A DNA stretch of 64,000 bases from Octopus vulgaris (lineage: Eukaryota), in NCBI GenBank assembly GCA_951406725.2, contig OX597838.1, positions 24,800,001 to 24,864,000 of the forward strand, read 5' to 3'. Below are positions 51,561-63,822 of this stretch, piece by piece. Made by a program: the position numbers and the translations under genes. Within the stretch, counting starts at the first letter, position 1. Every line of letters begins with the position of its first letter. The notes under the pieces were generated by a model. It saw only the letters and a list, made by a program, of their open reading frames with translations. It did no database searches and was not told the origin of the DNA.

Positions 51561-52174
51561 TTTGCATTCACTCCTCAAGAAAACCCATCTTTCATAGCAT
51601 AAGTGTTAAGGCCACTTTCCCTGGAGAAGAGAATCGGCCTACAAGAGTCCTGTACTGGTGCTACACAAAAGTGCTCATGTCAGTGCCATGTTAAAAGCTC
51701 CCAGCACACAATGTAAACTGGTTGGCATTAGGAAGGGCATCCAGCTGTAGAACATCCTTTTTTTTAAAACTTAAATGAATTTGAATGTGAAATAATCAAA
51801 AAATAAATTATGTTCTACCTTCCATGGGATTTGAAACTGCGTACTAAATTTCTAGAGATATGATTTTTAAATGAGAAATTTTAATAATTATGGTATTCCA
51901 ATAGAAAGAGTCTGTACAGTGTTGAGTGAGAAAATGTGTGAGTGTATTCGAGAAAGAGAGAGAGACAAAGAGTTAGTATGAGGTAAAGAGAGGATGAGAG
52001 AGATGATCATTCTAGTACAACTATCAGTCTTTCACCATCTCTTATTTTGTTTTTATTTACTAATCCTCTCTCATTTACCTAACAGGGACTTTGAAGTGAC
52101 AAAACAGCTGTGAACTAATGGGATAAAACATGTACTCTCCTACTTCCCTTCTCTTATCTGATCAATTTATATAT

Positions 52175-52209
<35 letters not shown>

Positions 52210-52234
52210 GAATGTTATTTGTTATAAGCTTAAA

Positions 52235-52428
52235 GCTGTTCTATGTTTAAGAGATGAGGAATTATGAACATTATTTACATTCGACAGATGTTTGTCCTCA
52301 TCTTGTTTGTTGTTAACACAATGTTTCAGCTGATATACCCTCTAGCCTTCATCAGGTGTCTTGGGGAATTTCGAACCTGGGTTCTCATTCCTAAGGTATT
52401 TTTCAATGTTATTATTATTATTATTGTT

Positions 52429-52431
<3 letters not shown>
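52235..52431 (-). mobile_element. Hammerhead-bearing repeat (same family as 40841-41117), tRNA head absent
   Basis: (AAT)n, then ccttaggaatgagaacccaggtt, hammerhead motif, and tail cataattcctcatctcttaaa. Confidence 0.72.
52315..52360 (-). ncRNA. Minimal type I hammerhead ribozyme-like motif
   Basis: gacac-CTGATGA-a-ggct-agagggtatatc-agct-GAAAC-at-t-gtgtt: stem I gacac/gtgtt and stem II ggct/agct; stem III probably ACGT eroded by CpG decay. Confidence 0.65.
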
Positions 52432-52476
<45 letters not shown>

Positions 52477-52477
<1 letters not shown>

Positions 52478-53125
52478 CATCATCATCATCGTTTAGCGTC
52501 CACTTTCCATGCTAGCATGGGTTGGACGGTTCAACAGGGGCCTGGGAAGCCAGAAGGCTGCACCAGGCCCAGTCTGATCTGGCAGTGTTTCTACGGCTGG
52601 ATGTCCTTCCTAACGCCAACCACTCCGTGAGTGTAGTGGGTGCTTTTTACGTGCCACTGGCACAGGTGCCAGACAAGGCTGGCAAACGGCCACGATCAGA
52701 TGGTGCTTTTTACATGCCACCGGCATGGAGGCCAGGCGAGGCTGGCAACGGCCACGATTGGATGGTTCTCTTACATGCCACCAGCACTGGTATCACAGCT
52801 ACAATTTCCATTGATGTTGATCAATTTCGATTTTGATTTTCACTTGCCTCAACAGGTCTTCACAAGTAGAGTTTTGTGTCCCAAGAAGGAAAGGTATGCA
52901 TAAGTGGACTGGCTACATCCCAGGTAGAAGCCATGGGTTATGGTCTCACTTGTCCTGCTGGGTCTTCTCACGCCTAGCATACTTCCAAAGGTCTCAATCT
53001 CTAGTCATTTCCTCGGTGAGACCTAAAGTTCGAAGGTCGTGCTTCACCACCTTGTCCCGGGTTTTCCTGGGTCCACCCCTTCCACAGGTTCCCTCAACCA
53101 CTAGGGTGTGGCACATTTTCACACA
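52477..53125 (-). mobile_element. RTE LINE 3' end: ORF C-terminus, 3' UTR and family C sequence ending in (GAT)n
   Basis: Minus strand VEGTCGRGGPRKTRDKVVKHDLRTLGLTEEMTRD*DLWKYA runs continuously into family C. Confidence 0.85.
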
Positions 53126-53147
53126 TGACCATACCATGTATATATAT

Positions 53148-53314
53148 ATCAAAATAAGCAACAAGGATATCCAGAGGTAATGTTATGAAATATGACAGAG
53201 GGTGTTAGAACACATACAATGCTAGAAATAAGAGCTAAAGTGCTCTGATGCTACAGTCAACACACATAATTGTATTTCTGGCATTGTAGCTGTTCTAATA
53301 CCCTCTGTCATATT
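53148..53314. mobile_element. Fold-back repeat (42-bp arms 53189-53230 and 53273-53314)
   Basis: Inverted arms; begins with the atcaaaataagcaacaaggatatccagaggtaatg terminus related to 19413; spacer contains CTGATG only. Confidence 0.5.
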
Positions 53315-53381
53315 AAATGACAATTATAGTTTGCCTTTTGGTGATATATTGCTAAACAGCTGCCAAATTTAATTATATATA

Positions 53382-53426
<45 letters not shown>

Positions 53427-53534
53427 CAGTACTAATATAAGGGTAGATAATTATTAATTTTAAAATTAACAATTATTACCAAGTAGTTTCGGTATGGAAA
53501 GAGAACCATTATCGGTAGAAACTTTTACAAAAAG

Positions 53535-53576
<42 letters not shown>

Positions 53577-53894
53577 GAATTGAGATAGGGGTTGTAAATG
53601 CGACCCTCCATGGGATAACATATATCCAATATACTGCTAGTGAAGTACCCAACAAAGTTAATACATAAATGTTAAGAATTGCGATGCAATTAATTCATTT
53701 ACTGTATTATATGGGCAAAGGTAAAATGTTTTACCACAAATTCATAATACAAAATGTGGTGGTTTAATAAAGTATGTGATTGAGTATTATCTGGTAATTG
53801 ATATTTAATTTCGATGTATTTCTCCATTTTCTTATTTTGTATATATATATATATATATATAACTTTATATATATACTTTATATATATATATATA

Positions 53895-54056
53895 AGGGTT
53901 AAGCAACAAGTTGCTTAACCACATACCCAAAATTTAGAAATAGCAGCCAAAGACTGCTTATTCCTATTTACTACAAGTATAGCTCCACATGTAACATTAC
54001 TTGTAACTCACAAGTTATTTCTAAACTTTCGGTATGTGGTTAAGCAACTTAACCCT
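53895..54056. repeat. Inverted repeat (about 35-45-bp arms) next to (TA)n
   Basis: agttgcttaaccacatacccaaaatttagaaata pairs with tatttctaaactttcggtatgtggttaagcaact. Confidence 0.7.
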
Positions 54057-54061
54057 CGCCT

Positions 54062-54317
54062 GGCCCCATGCCGGTGGCATGTAAAAAGCACCATCCGTCT
54101 GTGGCTGTTTGCCAGCTTCGTCTGGCACCTGTGCAGGTGGCACGTAAAAAACACCCACTACACTCAAGGAGTGGTTGGCGTTAGGAAGGGCATCCAGCCG
54201 TAGAAACACTGCCAGATCAGACTGGGCCTGATGCAGCCTTCTGGCTTCAAAGACCCCAGTTGAACCGTCCAACCCATGCTAGCATGGAAAGCGGACGCTA
54301 AATGATGATGATGATGA

Positions 54318-54319
<2 letters not shown>
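54062..54319 (+). mobile_element. Family C (RTE 3' UTR-like)
   Basis: Near-consensus copy with (GAT)n tail. Confidence 0.82.
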
Positions 54320-54358
<39 letters not shown>

Positions 54359-54979
54359 CATGTATTTAGAATGTTGTTTGTTACAGCTGGTCAGAGAGTG
54401 GCCATTGATTTTGCACCTATAAAGCATTTAGCTGTATAGGTGACTTGTCAGACTACAAAAAAAAACAAACAATATTCCATAACAGCAGAGAGAGCGACCT
54501 TTATGATTATGTGTATGTGCACAGCTGGTGGTACAGCTACAGAACACAAACCACATGGTAGCCTACTGCAATGCACTCTACTATCGATAGATATAAATGT
54601 ATCTGTGCGTATATATTGTCCTTTAACTTTTGTTTTCCATGCTGGCATGGGTTCGACAATTTTACCAGTGCTGGCACCAGGTTCCAATCTGATTTGGCCT
54701 GATTTTCATGGTTGGATATCCTTTCTAATGCCAGCCACTTTACTTAGTATGCTGGGTGCTTTTTATGTGATACTTGCTTGGGTGCTTTTAAACAGCGCTG
54801 GCACAGGTGCTATTACATGGCACCAGCATGAGCGCTTTGCACATGGCACTGGCACAAGGCTCTTGTAGACTGCTCCTCTTCATCAGGGAGAACAACATTA
54901 ACACTTCTGCTCTAAAGGACGGATTCTCTTGAGTTCAGAAAGGCACCAGATATTTCAGTCCTTTGTTATTGCTATCATA

Positions 54980-55135
54980 AGGTTCATAAGCTAGTAGAAT
55001 ACCTATGCCACCAACGCCTTCATTGTTGCCTTCCCAGAAAAAATTTGTATCTATGCCCTTTGCCCATAAGGAGTCTAACAGAGGCACCCCTCCGTCATAC
55101 CTCTTGAACACAGCACACATCTACATGTCGCCACT
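54980..55135 (-). mobile_element. RTE LINE apurinic endonuclease N-terminal fragment
   Basis: RHVDVCAVQEV...FFWEGNNEGVGGIGILLA resembles the APE DIxxxQE and GVG motifs. Confidence 0.65.
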
Positions 55136-55715
55136 GAAGCATCTAAACTTAACTTTCAGACTTACCTTTCATAATGCCAACAGTGATTATGTCATATATA
55201 TATACACACACTCCTCTCCATACACTTTATGAGCAGGTATCACCAAGCTTTTGGCAAAATTTGATGCAAATTCTCTGCTCAACTTTCTCTGTCATGGTTA
55301 AAAGACATACACCCGCTACACACGTTCCTTCCAAGCACTGCTATAAACAGCAGAAGTGAGCTAGAACGTTAAAACTTAGCGTGCAAGTACAGCAGAGTTC
55401 AAGGTCAATCTGTGCCAAGCAGCTTTACTCTGCATGCTTTAGCTTCATTACTATGGCAACAGTCCGGATACCTATTGATCAGACCACATATATGTGTGTG
55501 TGTGTGTATGTCTTTATGTCTGTATCTGTTCGCTACCACAGCTTGACAACTGGTGTTGGTGTGTTTAAGTCCTCATAACTTAGCGGTTCAGCAAAAAGAG
55601 ACAGATAGAATAAGTACCAGGCTTAAAAAAAAAAAGAGTTCTGGACTCGATTTCTTCAACTAAAACTTCTCAAGGTGCTGCCCTAGCATGGCCAAAGTCA
55701 AATGCCTGCCTCCTC

Positions 55716-55930
55716 TGGCCCGTGTGCCAATGGTACATAAAAAGCACCCACTACACTCACGGAGTGGTTGGCGTTAGGAAGGGCATCCAGCTGTAGAAAC
55801 ACTGCCAGATCAGACTGGAGCCTGGCACAGCCTCCTGGCTTCCCAGACCCCGGTTGAACCGTCCAACCCATGCCAGCATGGAAAACGGACGTTAAACAAT
55901 GAAGAGGGTGATGATGATGATGATGATGAT
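55716..55930 (+). mobile_element. Family C (RTE 3' UTR-like)
   Basis: Homology to the other copies. Confidence 0.8.
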
Positions 55931-56389
55931 GTAACCTTACTCACATCCATATATACATATATGTGCTTATATGTATTCACATCTGCATACACACACACAC
56001 ACATACGCATATATGTATAAGCATGCTTATACACGTGTGTGTGTGTGTGTTTTATGTCTGAATGGTACTTTTTTTCAATGAACATACAGTATGTCTCTGT
56101 GTTGCTGCGAGAGAAGTGCAGGAAGATAAGCTCTAAGACGCATACTCACTTTTAATCTCATCCTAGGCCTCTTTAACAGTTACCTTAAGAAGGCCCACAC
56201 CACCTTTCCTTCCCAAAAACACCACCCACACTTCCATGCACATTATCCGACACCATGGCTATCATCTTTGCCGTCATCATCACCCTCGCCATTATGATTC
56301 TCATCATCACCATCACCATCATTATTACCATCATAATATCATCATCATGAACATCGTTATTATTGCTGTTACCATCACTGTCATCACCA

Positions 56390-56770
56390 TCGCCATCATC
56401 CTCATCATCACTATAATCATCATCATCGTTGCTGTCATCATCCTCATCACCGCCACCATCACCATCATCATCATCATCATCTCCATTGCCATACTGATAC
56501 CATCATCATCATGGTCATCATCACGGTCATCATCATCATCATCATCATCATCATTACCATCATCATCATCATTGTTGCTGTCATCATCCTCATCACCGCC
56601 ACCATCACCATCATCATCATCTCCATTATCATACTGCCACCATCATCATCATGGTCATCATCATCCTCATCATCATCATCATCACCATCATCATCGTTGC
56701 TGTCATCATCCTCATCACCATCACCATCACCATCATCTCCATTATCATACTGCCACCATCATCATCATGG

Positions 56771-56803
<33 letters not shown>

Positions 56804-56930
56804 CCATCATCATCATCATTGTTGCAGTCATCATCCTCATCACTGCCACCATCACCATCATCATCATCTCCATTATCATACTGCCACCATCATCATCACG
56901 GTCATCATCATCATCATCATCATCATCATG
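56390..56930. repeat. CAT-rich higher-order minisatellite (about 4 units of 120-150 bp)
   Basis: Recurring gttgctgtcatcatcctcatcaccgccaccatcacc...ctccattatcatactgccacc blocks. Confidence 0.85.
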
Positions 56931-57134
56931 TTGTTGTTGTCCTCCCCCTCCTCCTCCTTCTCCTCCTCACTGTTATCCTACCATCATCTCAATCACCACG
57001 GCCACCATCAGCTGTATCATCCCCGCCACCTAATTACAACATAGGGATCCTCGTTAAATTACACAGAGACCAGGAATATCTCCCGAAGAAAACGGAGTGG
57101 AGGGCCAAAGGGGGGGGGGGGTTGAGCAATATAT

Positions 57135-57172
<38 letters not shown>

Positions 57173-58954
57173 GGCTGTTATATATTTATTTTTGCTCATT
57201 TTTTTTCACCTCGTTTGTACAGATAATAGCCTTATCTAATCTGGGAACCATAGCAACAGCAACAGCAGCAGCAGCAAATGTAGCTGCAACAACAACAATA
57301 ATAATGAGAATAGTGGTGGTGCTAGTGGTGGCAGCAGTATTAGTAGTAGTAGTAGTGATAGTAAGTGGTGGTGGTAGTAGTAGTAGTAGTATTAGTAGTG
57401 ACAGTAAGTGGTGGTGGTGGTGAAAGTAGTAGTAGTGGTGGTGGTGGTAGTAGTAGTCGTAGTAGTAGTAGTGACAGTGATGGTGGTGGTGGTGGTAGTA
57501 GTAGTAGTGGTGTTGGTGGTGGTAGTTGTGGTGGTGATGGTGGTGGTGGTGGTAGTAGTAGTAGTGGTAGTTATGGGTTGTGGTGATGTTAATAGTAGTA
57601 GTAGTAGTAATAGTAACAACAACACCAGCGACAACTACAGCAACAACAACAACAACAGCAGCAGTGGTGGTAGCAATGATGGTAGTAGTAGTAGTAGTAG
57701 TAGTAATAACGGTGGCAGCAACAACTGCAACAACATTAACAACGCCGCCGACAACGGCAACAGCAAAGAAGTGAAACTTCCCCGAGAGCCTGCCTCTCGT
57801 CCCATCCCCCTTCATCTCTTGTGCATCAATATTTCACACTGGATTCTCAGTACGGAATGTCTGTTACTGTATTTTATTAGCTTATAAGACGCACTTTTAC
57901 TCCCCCCTCCCCACTCATAAAAATGTCTTAAAACATCTCTCTGGGTCCTATACACAAAGTCGAACCATCCATAAGCGAGTCTAGTCCCTGACAGTCCTCT
58001 GAATATCTACCCCTGAAATTGGGTCTAAGGGCATGAAAAAGTGCATTCAACATGGCCATTTCCTTTACGGTTGTAGGGTCCTGTTTTCTTCCTGACCAAA
58101 ACTTTTACTTGACTTTTTTAAGGTTATCCCTACAGATATTCCATAGAAATTAGAGCCAGCACTGATTGTTACTATGAGGTTTCGTATACAAGACATCAGC
58201 TATAAACAAACAATGGGATCAAGGGCTGGACTGAGAGTATTAAGGGCCCTTGGGCATAACTGTTTACCGGGCCCCTTTGAATGCGTGTTTTAGTAGAGTT
58301 ACCATGTAGAATAAGTACTAGGCTTACAAAGAATAAGTCCTGGGGTCGATTTGCTCGACTAAAGTACTGGGGTCGATTCATTTGACTAAAACGTCATGGC
58401 AGTGCTCCAGCATGGCCACAGCCTAATGACTGAAACAAGTAAATGAATAAAGATCAAAGACTTGTGGGTGGATTTGGTCGATGGAAACTAAAAGAAGCCA
58501 TTAATCTGTGTGTGTATGTGTATCTATGTATGTGTCTGTGTATCTATGTATGTGAGTCTATGTATGTGTTTGTCGCCCACCACTGCTTGATAAAGAATGT
58601 TGGTTTGTTTACAGCCTCACAACTTAAAAGTTCTGCAAAAAAAACAAGACAGAATGAATAAATATCACTCTTAAGAAAACATGTTCTGGAGGGTCACTAT
58701 CAAAAATACCAAAAAAACTGGGAAGAGACCCCCGAACAGTGAAGAAATTTGTGCAGTCTCCTATTTCTGTCTAACTGAAGGCAGGTAAGAGCAAGTCAAG
58801 GGTTGCTTTGAATCATACTTTGTCACTTTGTGAAAAGAGAAGTTATGCGGAACCCATGTTTGACAAGTAGAGAAGTCTTCAAACGTTGTGGCAGGGAAGA
58901 CATACCAAAAACTACCAGAATCATGTGGTTGGAAAGTCTGCGCCTTATGTATAT

Positions 58955-59318
58955 ACAGGGTGTCCCAAAAGTCACTGATGGGTTCCAATTTCTAATAACT
59001 TGCTTAACTTTACAAATAAATGCATGAAATTTTGATACAATATAAAGGACATAATGAAAATTAATATGCATGAGTCAAATTTTGCAACACCGCTACATCA
59101 CATATGAAAAATGACATAGCTTAAGTGTCTGTGCTTTGCATGTCTGTGCTCTTTCCAAAACTTGCACCATAACACCCCCAAGAGTTTCAGACCCCACTTC
59201 TCTGATTTCTCTATTGATGCTCTCTTTCAGTTACAGCAGAGTCTCTGGTTTGTTGATGTAAACCCTCTCTTTCAGGTATTCCCACAAGAAAAAATCTGAG
59301 CCAGTCAAGTCTGGGGAA
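58955..59318 (-). mobile_element. Tc1/mariner-superfamily (DDxD-type) 3' end with TIR
   Basis: TA|cagggtgtcccaaaagt terminus; minus strand SPDLTGSDFFLWEYLKERVYINKPETLL*LKESINREI. Confidence 0.75.
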
Positions 59319-59319
59319 C

Positions 59320-59543
59320 ATGAAGGCTGTTCAAAGTAGACCTCACACATGGTTCCAGCAAGGTGGGGCAACTGCTCATACTGCAAGAGAAACAGTGCAG
59401 CTGCTACAGCAGTGCTTTGGAGAGAGAATAATCTCCCACTATGGCAATGTCAAGTGGCCTTCACATTCCCCAGACTTGACTAGCCTGGATTTTTTCTCAT
59501 GGAGATACCTGAAGGAGAGGCTTTACATCAACAGACCAGAGAC
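59320..59543 (+). mobile_element. Tc1/mariner-superfamily transposase fragment, opposite orientation
   Basis: WFQQGGATAHTA...WPSHSPDLTSLDFFSWRYLKERLYINRPET. Confidence 0.85.
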
Positions 59544-59544
59544 C

Positions 59545-59730
59545 CATGGTGCAACTTTACACCATGACATTTCTGTGATACACGATCCCTATTGATCGCT
59601 TTTTTTCTTTCCTTTTTATGATCCCTTTTGATCGAAAACCTACCCCACTTTTTTTTCCTCCCCAAAAAGAAAAGCTCTACTTTGTAATTTGCCCTGTCTG
59701 TGTTCAGCCCTGTGTGGCTAATAAAGAAAC
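59545..59730 (+). mobile_element. Probable L1/Tx1-like LINE 3' UTR
   Basis: T-rich, ends gttcagccctgtgtggctAATAAAgaaac. Confidence 0.45.
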
Positions 59731-59736
59731 ATATAT

Positions 59737-60118
59737 ATTACATACATATAAGAGGGATGACCACTAAGTGGACATCCATTATGCTAGAAGTAGACTCCTT
59801 ATGGTCTTCCCCAAATGTAATTAGTAGAACTGTATACATGTTCAATCTCATGCGGATATCTAGTGTATAGTTCTGTAAATTATAATTTGCTATGATGATC
59901 ACACTGATGAGTTGTGGACAATTACGTAAGTGGTAACAACGAAACCGGTTTTGTGATTAATCTTTATATTTTGTATCTTTTCATTTGTCTTGCTTGCTTA
60001 CATTCTGGTGTTTGTTAAATTTTCTTGAGAACAATCCTTTCTTAGTGGTTAAACTATAAGGGTTCTGCTTCTAGCATAATGGATGCCCACTTTGTGGTTA
60101 TCCCTCTCATATGTATGC

Positions 60119-60163
<45 letters not shown>

Positions 60164-60290
60164 TCCCTCTTATATGCATGTAATATAATTTTTCTGAATC
60201 TTCAGATTTTTCAATATGCTAGACCACTGGTTTTAAATTGATATTAATCAAATTAATATTCAATTTTTCACCCTTATTATTTTAAATTTA
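59737..60290 (+). mobile_element. Penelope-like fold-back element carrying a hammerhead motif
   Basis: Inverted arms about 59737-59806 and 60045-60118; hammerhead at 59897-59958; arm and tail closely match 38113-38420; bounded by (TA)n. Confidence 0.75.
59897..59958 (+). ncRNA. Minimal type I hammerhead ribozyme-like motif
   Basis: gatcaca-CTGATGA-gttgt...acaac-GAAA-ccggt-tt-tgtgatt: 6-7-bp stem I, stem II closed by G-C, palindromic ACCGGT stem III; one extra T near the cleavage site. Confidence 0.75.
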
Positions 60291-62368
60291 AATATATATA
60301 TATATAAAAGAACTTATAGTATGTAAGAAACACGCAGGAGCATGATATACTTAGTTCTGACCGAAGGTGTCTTCGGTCAGGAAAAAAGTGCCAGCTCCTA
60401 TAAAGCCCACCACCACCACCACCACCGCTACCACTACCAACATCTCTACAAAATCATTCTCTTTCCTCTATTATTTTTCACTTTCTCCTCTTTATTTTTC
60501 TCACTTCCCCCAGCCTCCCCATCCCATAATCACACCACTACTATCACTATCACCATCCCATCCACCACCATCACACTTCTCTCTTTCTCCCCCACCCCCT
60601 TTTGACATGCATTCTGATGACATTTCATAACATCTGAAGCTGTTATCCTCCCCCCATTCCCTCCCCCCACCATGTCTGTATTCCTCCAGTTTGGATCTGG
60701 GATGTGCTTGTGTATGGGGGGGGGTCTCTTTCTTAAAACTCCTTAACCCCCACCAGCAAAGAGACAGAGGGAGAGAGAGACAGAAACAGAAAGAGAGAGG
60801 GGGAGAGGGAGAAAGAGAAAGGAGAAAAAGAGAGACGGCAGAGAGTGAAGGGGAGAGAGAGGGAGAGAGAAAGTGTGAAAAAGACAGAAAGAGCAGAGAG
60901 AAACAGAGACGCGAGAGAAATAAGGGAGAAAGAGAAAGTGAGAGTGAAAAAGAGGGAGAAGGAGAGAGAGAGAGAAAGAAAGAGAAAACAGAGAGAGAGG
61001 GAAAGAGAGCCAGAGAGAAGGAGATGAAGAGAGAAAGAGAAAGCTAGAGAGAGACATATAGACACAAAGAGAGAGGGAAAGGGAAAGAGAAAGCCAAGAA
61101 AGAGGGAAAAAAACAGAGGGGGTGAGAGAGATGAAGAGAGAAAGAGACAGAGAAAGAGAAAGCTAGAGAGAGAGAAGCAGAGGCAAAGAGAGAGGGAGAG
61201 AAAAACCAAGAGAGAGAGACAGACAGACAGAGAGAGTAGTGAGAAAAAGAGAATCATCTGGGGGTGGGTGGGGGGTGAAGAGATAGAATTTGTCTTTTAT
61301 TCCCCATTTCTGAAGTTCCTGGTGATATTCTTTGTTTATTTGAGTTCCAAGTTTATCATTTTACTAGGGGAGGTGGAAGGGGTCCCATGTGAATTCAGGG
61401 GGTGCCCAAGAAGATACCTTCTACCACCGCCCCCCTCCAACCTTGTTGCCCTCTTGTGTCCCTTTTTTTTATTTTTATTTTTAAATCTAAACTACAATAC
61501 CACCACCACCACCACCACCACCACACTGCTGTTACAACTATTATCATCCCTCCCTCACCCAACACTCCCAGCACTTTACCACCATCACCATTAGTGCCCT
61601 TAGCATCAACATCAGCCTTGCATGAGCACACCACCACCTCCTCCTCCTCCTCCTCCCCCACCACCACTACCACAACATATCCACCACCACCACCACACCA
61701 CCACCACCATCACTACCCCCACCACCACCATCACTACCCCAGCACCACCATCACTACCCCAGCACCACCATCACTACTCCATCACCACCATCACTACCCC
61801 CACCCCCACCACTAACAAAATCACTGCCTCCACCACCAACACCATTTCCTTTCAATCAGCAGTTACTTGGCCTCTGCCAACCCCACCATTATCAGTACCC
61901 CACCACCTCTGCTGCTTCATCACCGCCACCCCCATTACCACGACTATAAGCAATAGACACCAAACCACCACCACTACCACCACCGCCACCATTACTGATG
62001 TTAGAACAACTTCACCACAAGGAATATCACTCCTTTTCCCTCTCCCCTTGCATTGCCACCACCACCACCACCACTACCATTACACCTACTACCCCCACCC
62101 CCACCAGCATCATCATCACACCACCATCACCACCACTGATACCTACATGACTATGACCTCTCACCACCACCACCAGTAATAGTACCATCCCCCTTAATAG
62201 AACTATGAGAATCACTCTGCCAACACCACCAACGCCACCACCACCACCACCACCACCACCACCACCACCACCAGTTTACTTTCACCTATAAGGGAGCTTG
62301 TATATGGTTGCTCCTCTTGCTAGAAATAGCATCCAACTCTTCTTGAATTCACACTCTGGCACTCTGTC

Positions 62369-63071
62369 AGTTATAACGATGAGGGTTCCAGTTGATCCGA
62401 TCAACGGAACAGCCTGCTTGTGAAATTAATGTGGGAGTGGTGTAGGAGTGGCTGTGTGGTAAGTAGCTTGCTTACCAACCACATGGTTCCGGGTTCAGCC
62501 CGACTGTGTGGCACCTTGGGCAAGTGTCTTCGACTATAGCCTCAGGCCAACCAAAGCCTTGTGAGTGGATTTGGTAGACGGAAACTGAAAGAAGCCCGTC
62601 GTATATATGTGTGTGTGTGTGTTTGAGTGTCTGTGCTCATCCCCCACAACATCCCTTGACAGCCGATGCTGGTGTGTTTACATCCCCGTGACCTAGCGGT
62701 TTGGTAAGAGAGACCGATAGAGTAAGTACTAGGCTTACAGGGAATAAGTCCTGGGGTCGATTTGTTTGACTAAAGACGGTGCTCCAGCATGGCCACAGTC
62801 AAATGACTGAAACAAGTAAAAGAGTAAGAGTAAAAGAGTAAGTGGCTGAGCACTCCACAGACACACGTACCCTCAATATAGTTCCAAGGGAGATTCAGCG
62901 TGACAAGGCTGGCCCCTTTGAATTACAGGTACAACTTAATTTTGTCAGCTGAGTGGATTGGAGCAACATGAAATAAAGTGTCTTGCTCAAGGACACAATG
63001 CATCACTGGGAGTTGAACTCACAACCTTACAATTATGAATCAAACACCCTAATCACTAAGCCATGCACCTT
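62369..63071 (-). mobile_element. SINE-D interrupted by SINE-A
   Basis: SINE-D halves at about 62369-62438 and 62841-63071. Confidence 0.8.
62440..62840 (+). mobile_element. SINE-A nested in SINE-D
   Basis: Full head and tail present. Confidence 0.9.
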
Positions 63072-63084
63072 TACTACATAGTCT

Positions 63085-63295
63085 TTCATTCTTTTACTTG
63101 TTTCATTCATTTGATTGCGGCCATGCTGGAGTACCGACTTAAAGGGTTTTAGTTGAAGGAATCGACCCCAGGACTTATTCTTTTTAAGCCTAGTAGTTAT
63201 TCTATTGGACTCTTTTGCCAAGCCGCTAAGTTACGAGGACGAAGGCATGCCACCATCGGATGTCAAGCAATGGTGGGGGACAAATGCACACACAA

Positions 63296-63330
<35 letters not shown>

Positions 63331-63483
63331 CGACAGGCTTCTTTCAGTTTCCGTCTACCAAATCCACTCACAAGGCTTTGGTTGGCCCATGGCTACAGTA
63401 GAAGACACTTGCCCAAGGTACCACGCAGTGGGATTGAACCCGGAACTATGGGGCCAGTAAACAAGCTACTTACCACACAGCCA
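63085..63483 (-). mobile_element. SINE-A
   Basis: Homology to the family consensus. Confidence 0.85.
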
Positions 63484-63822
63484 CGCTTCTTAAAAAAAGA
63501 AGACGGCGCATTAAATAATGTAGTCTTAGGTACACATTATTCCTAAAAAACAAATGCAAACTTAGACAGTAGTGTCACAACAGGAAAGCCTGTTGACATT
63601 TTTCACTCTGCTCCATCAAGGTTTACCTAGGGTTAAACAATAACATCTTCCACACTACCATCATCATTATCATCATCATCATCATCATCGTCAACATCAT
63701 TGTCAGTACCAGTTACTCAGTGACTCTCACCTCTCTTGACCACCATCAACCCCGCCCCTCTCCCCTCACCATCAACTTGTAAGCATTATAACATTATAGT
63801 ATATGTATTATAGTATATGTAT

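Noticed and set aside
56236-57136. Long His/Ser/Ile-rich ORFs, and similar ORFs at 16-17 kb, 19 kb, 26.6 kb, 32-33 kb, 38.7 kb, 45-46 kb and 61 kb
   Set aside because: Simple di- and trinucleotide repeats are open in several frames and on both strands; no domain or splice evidence.
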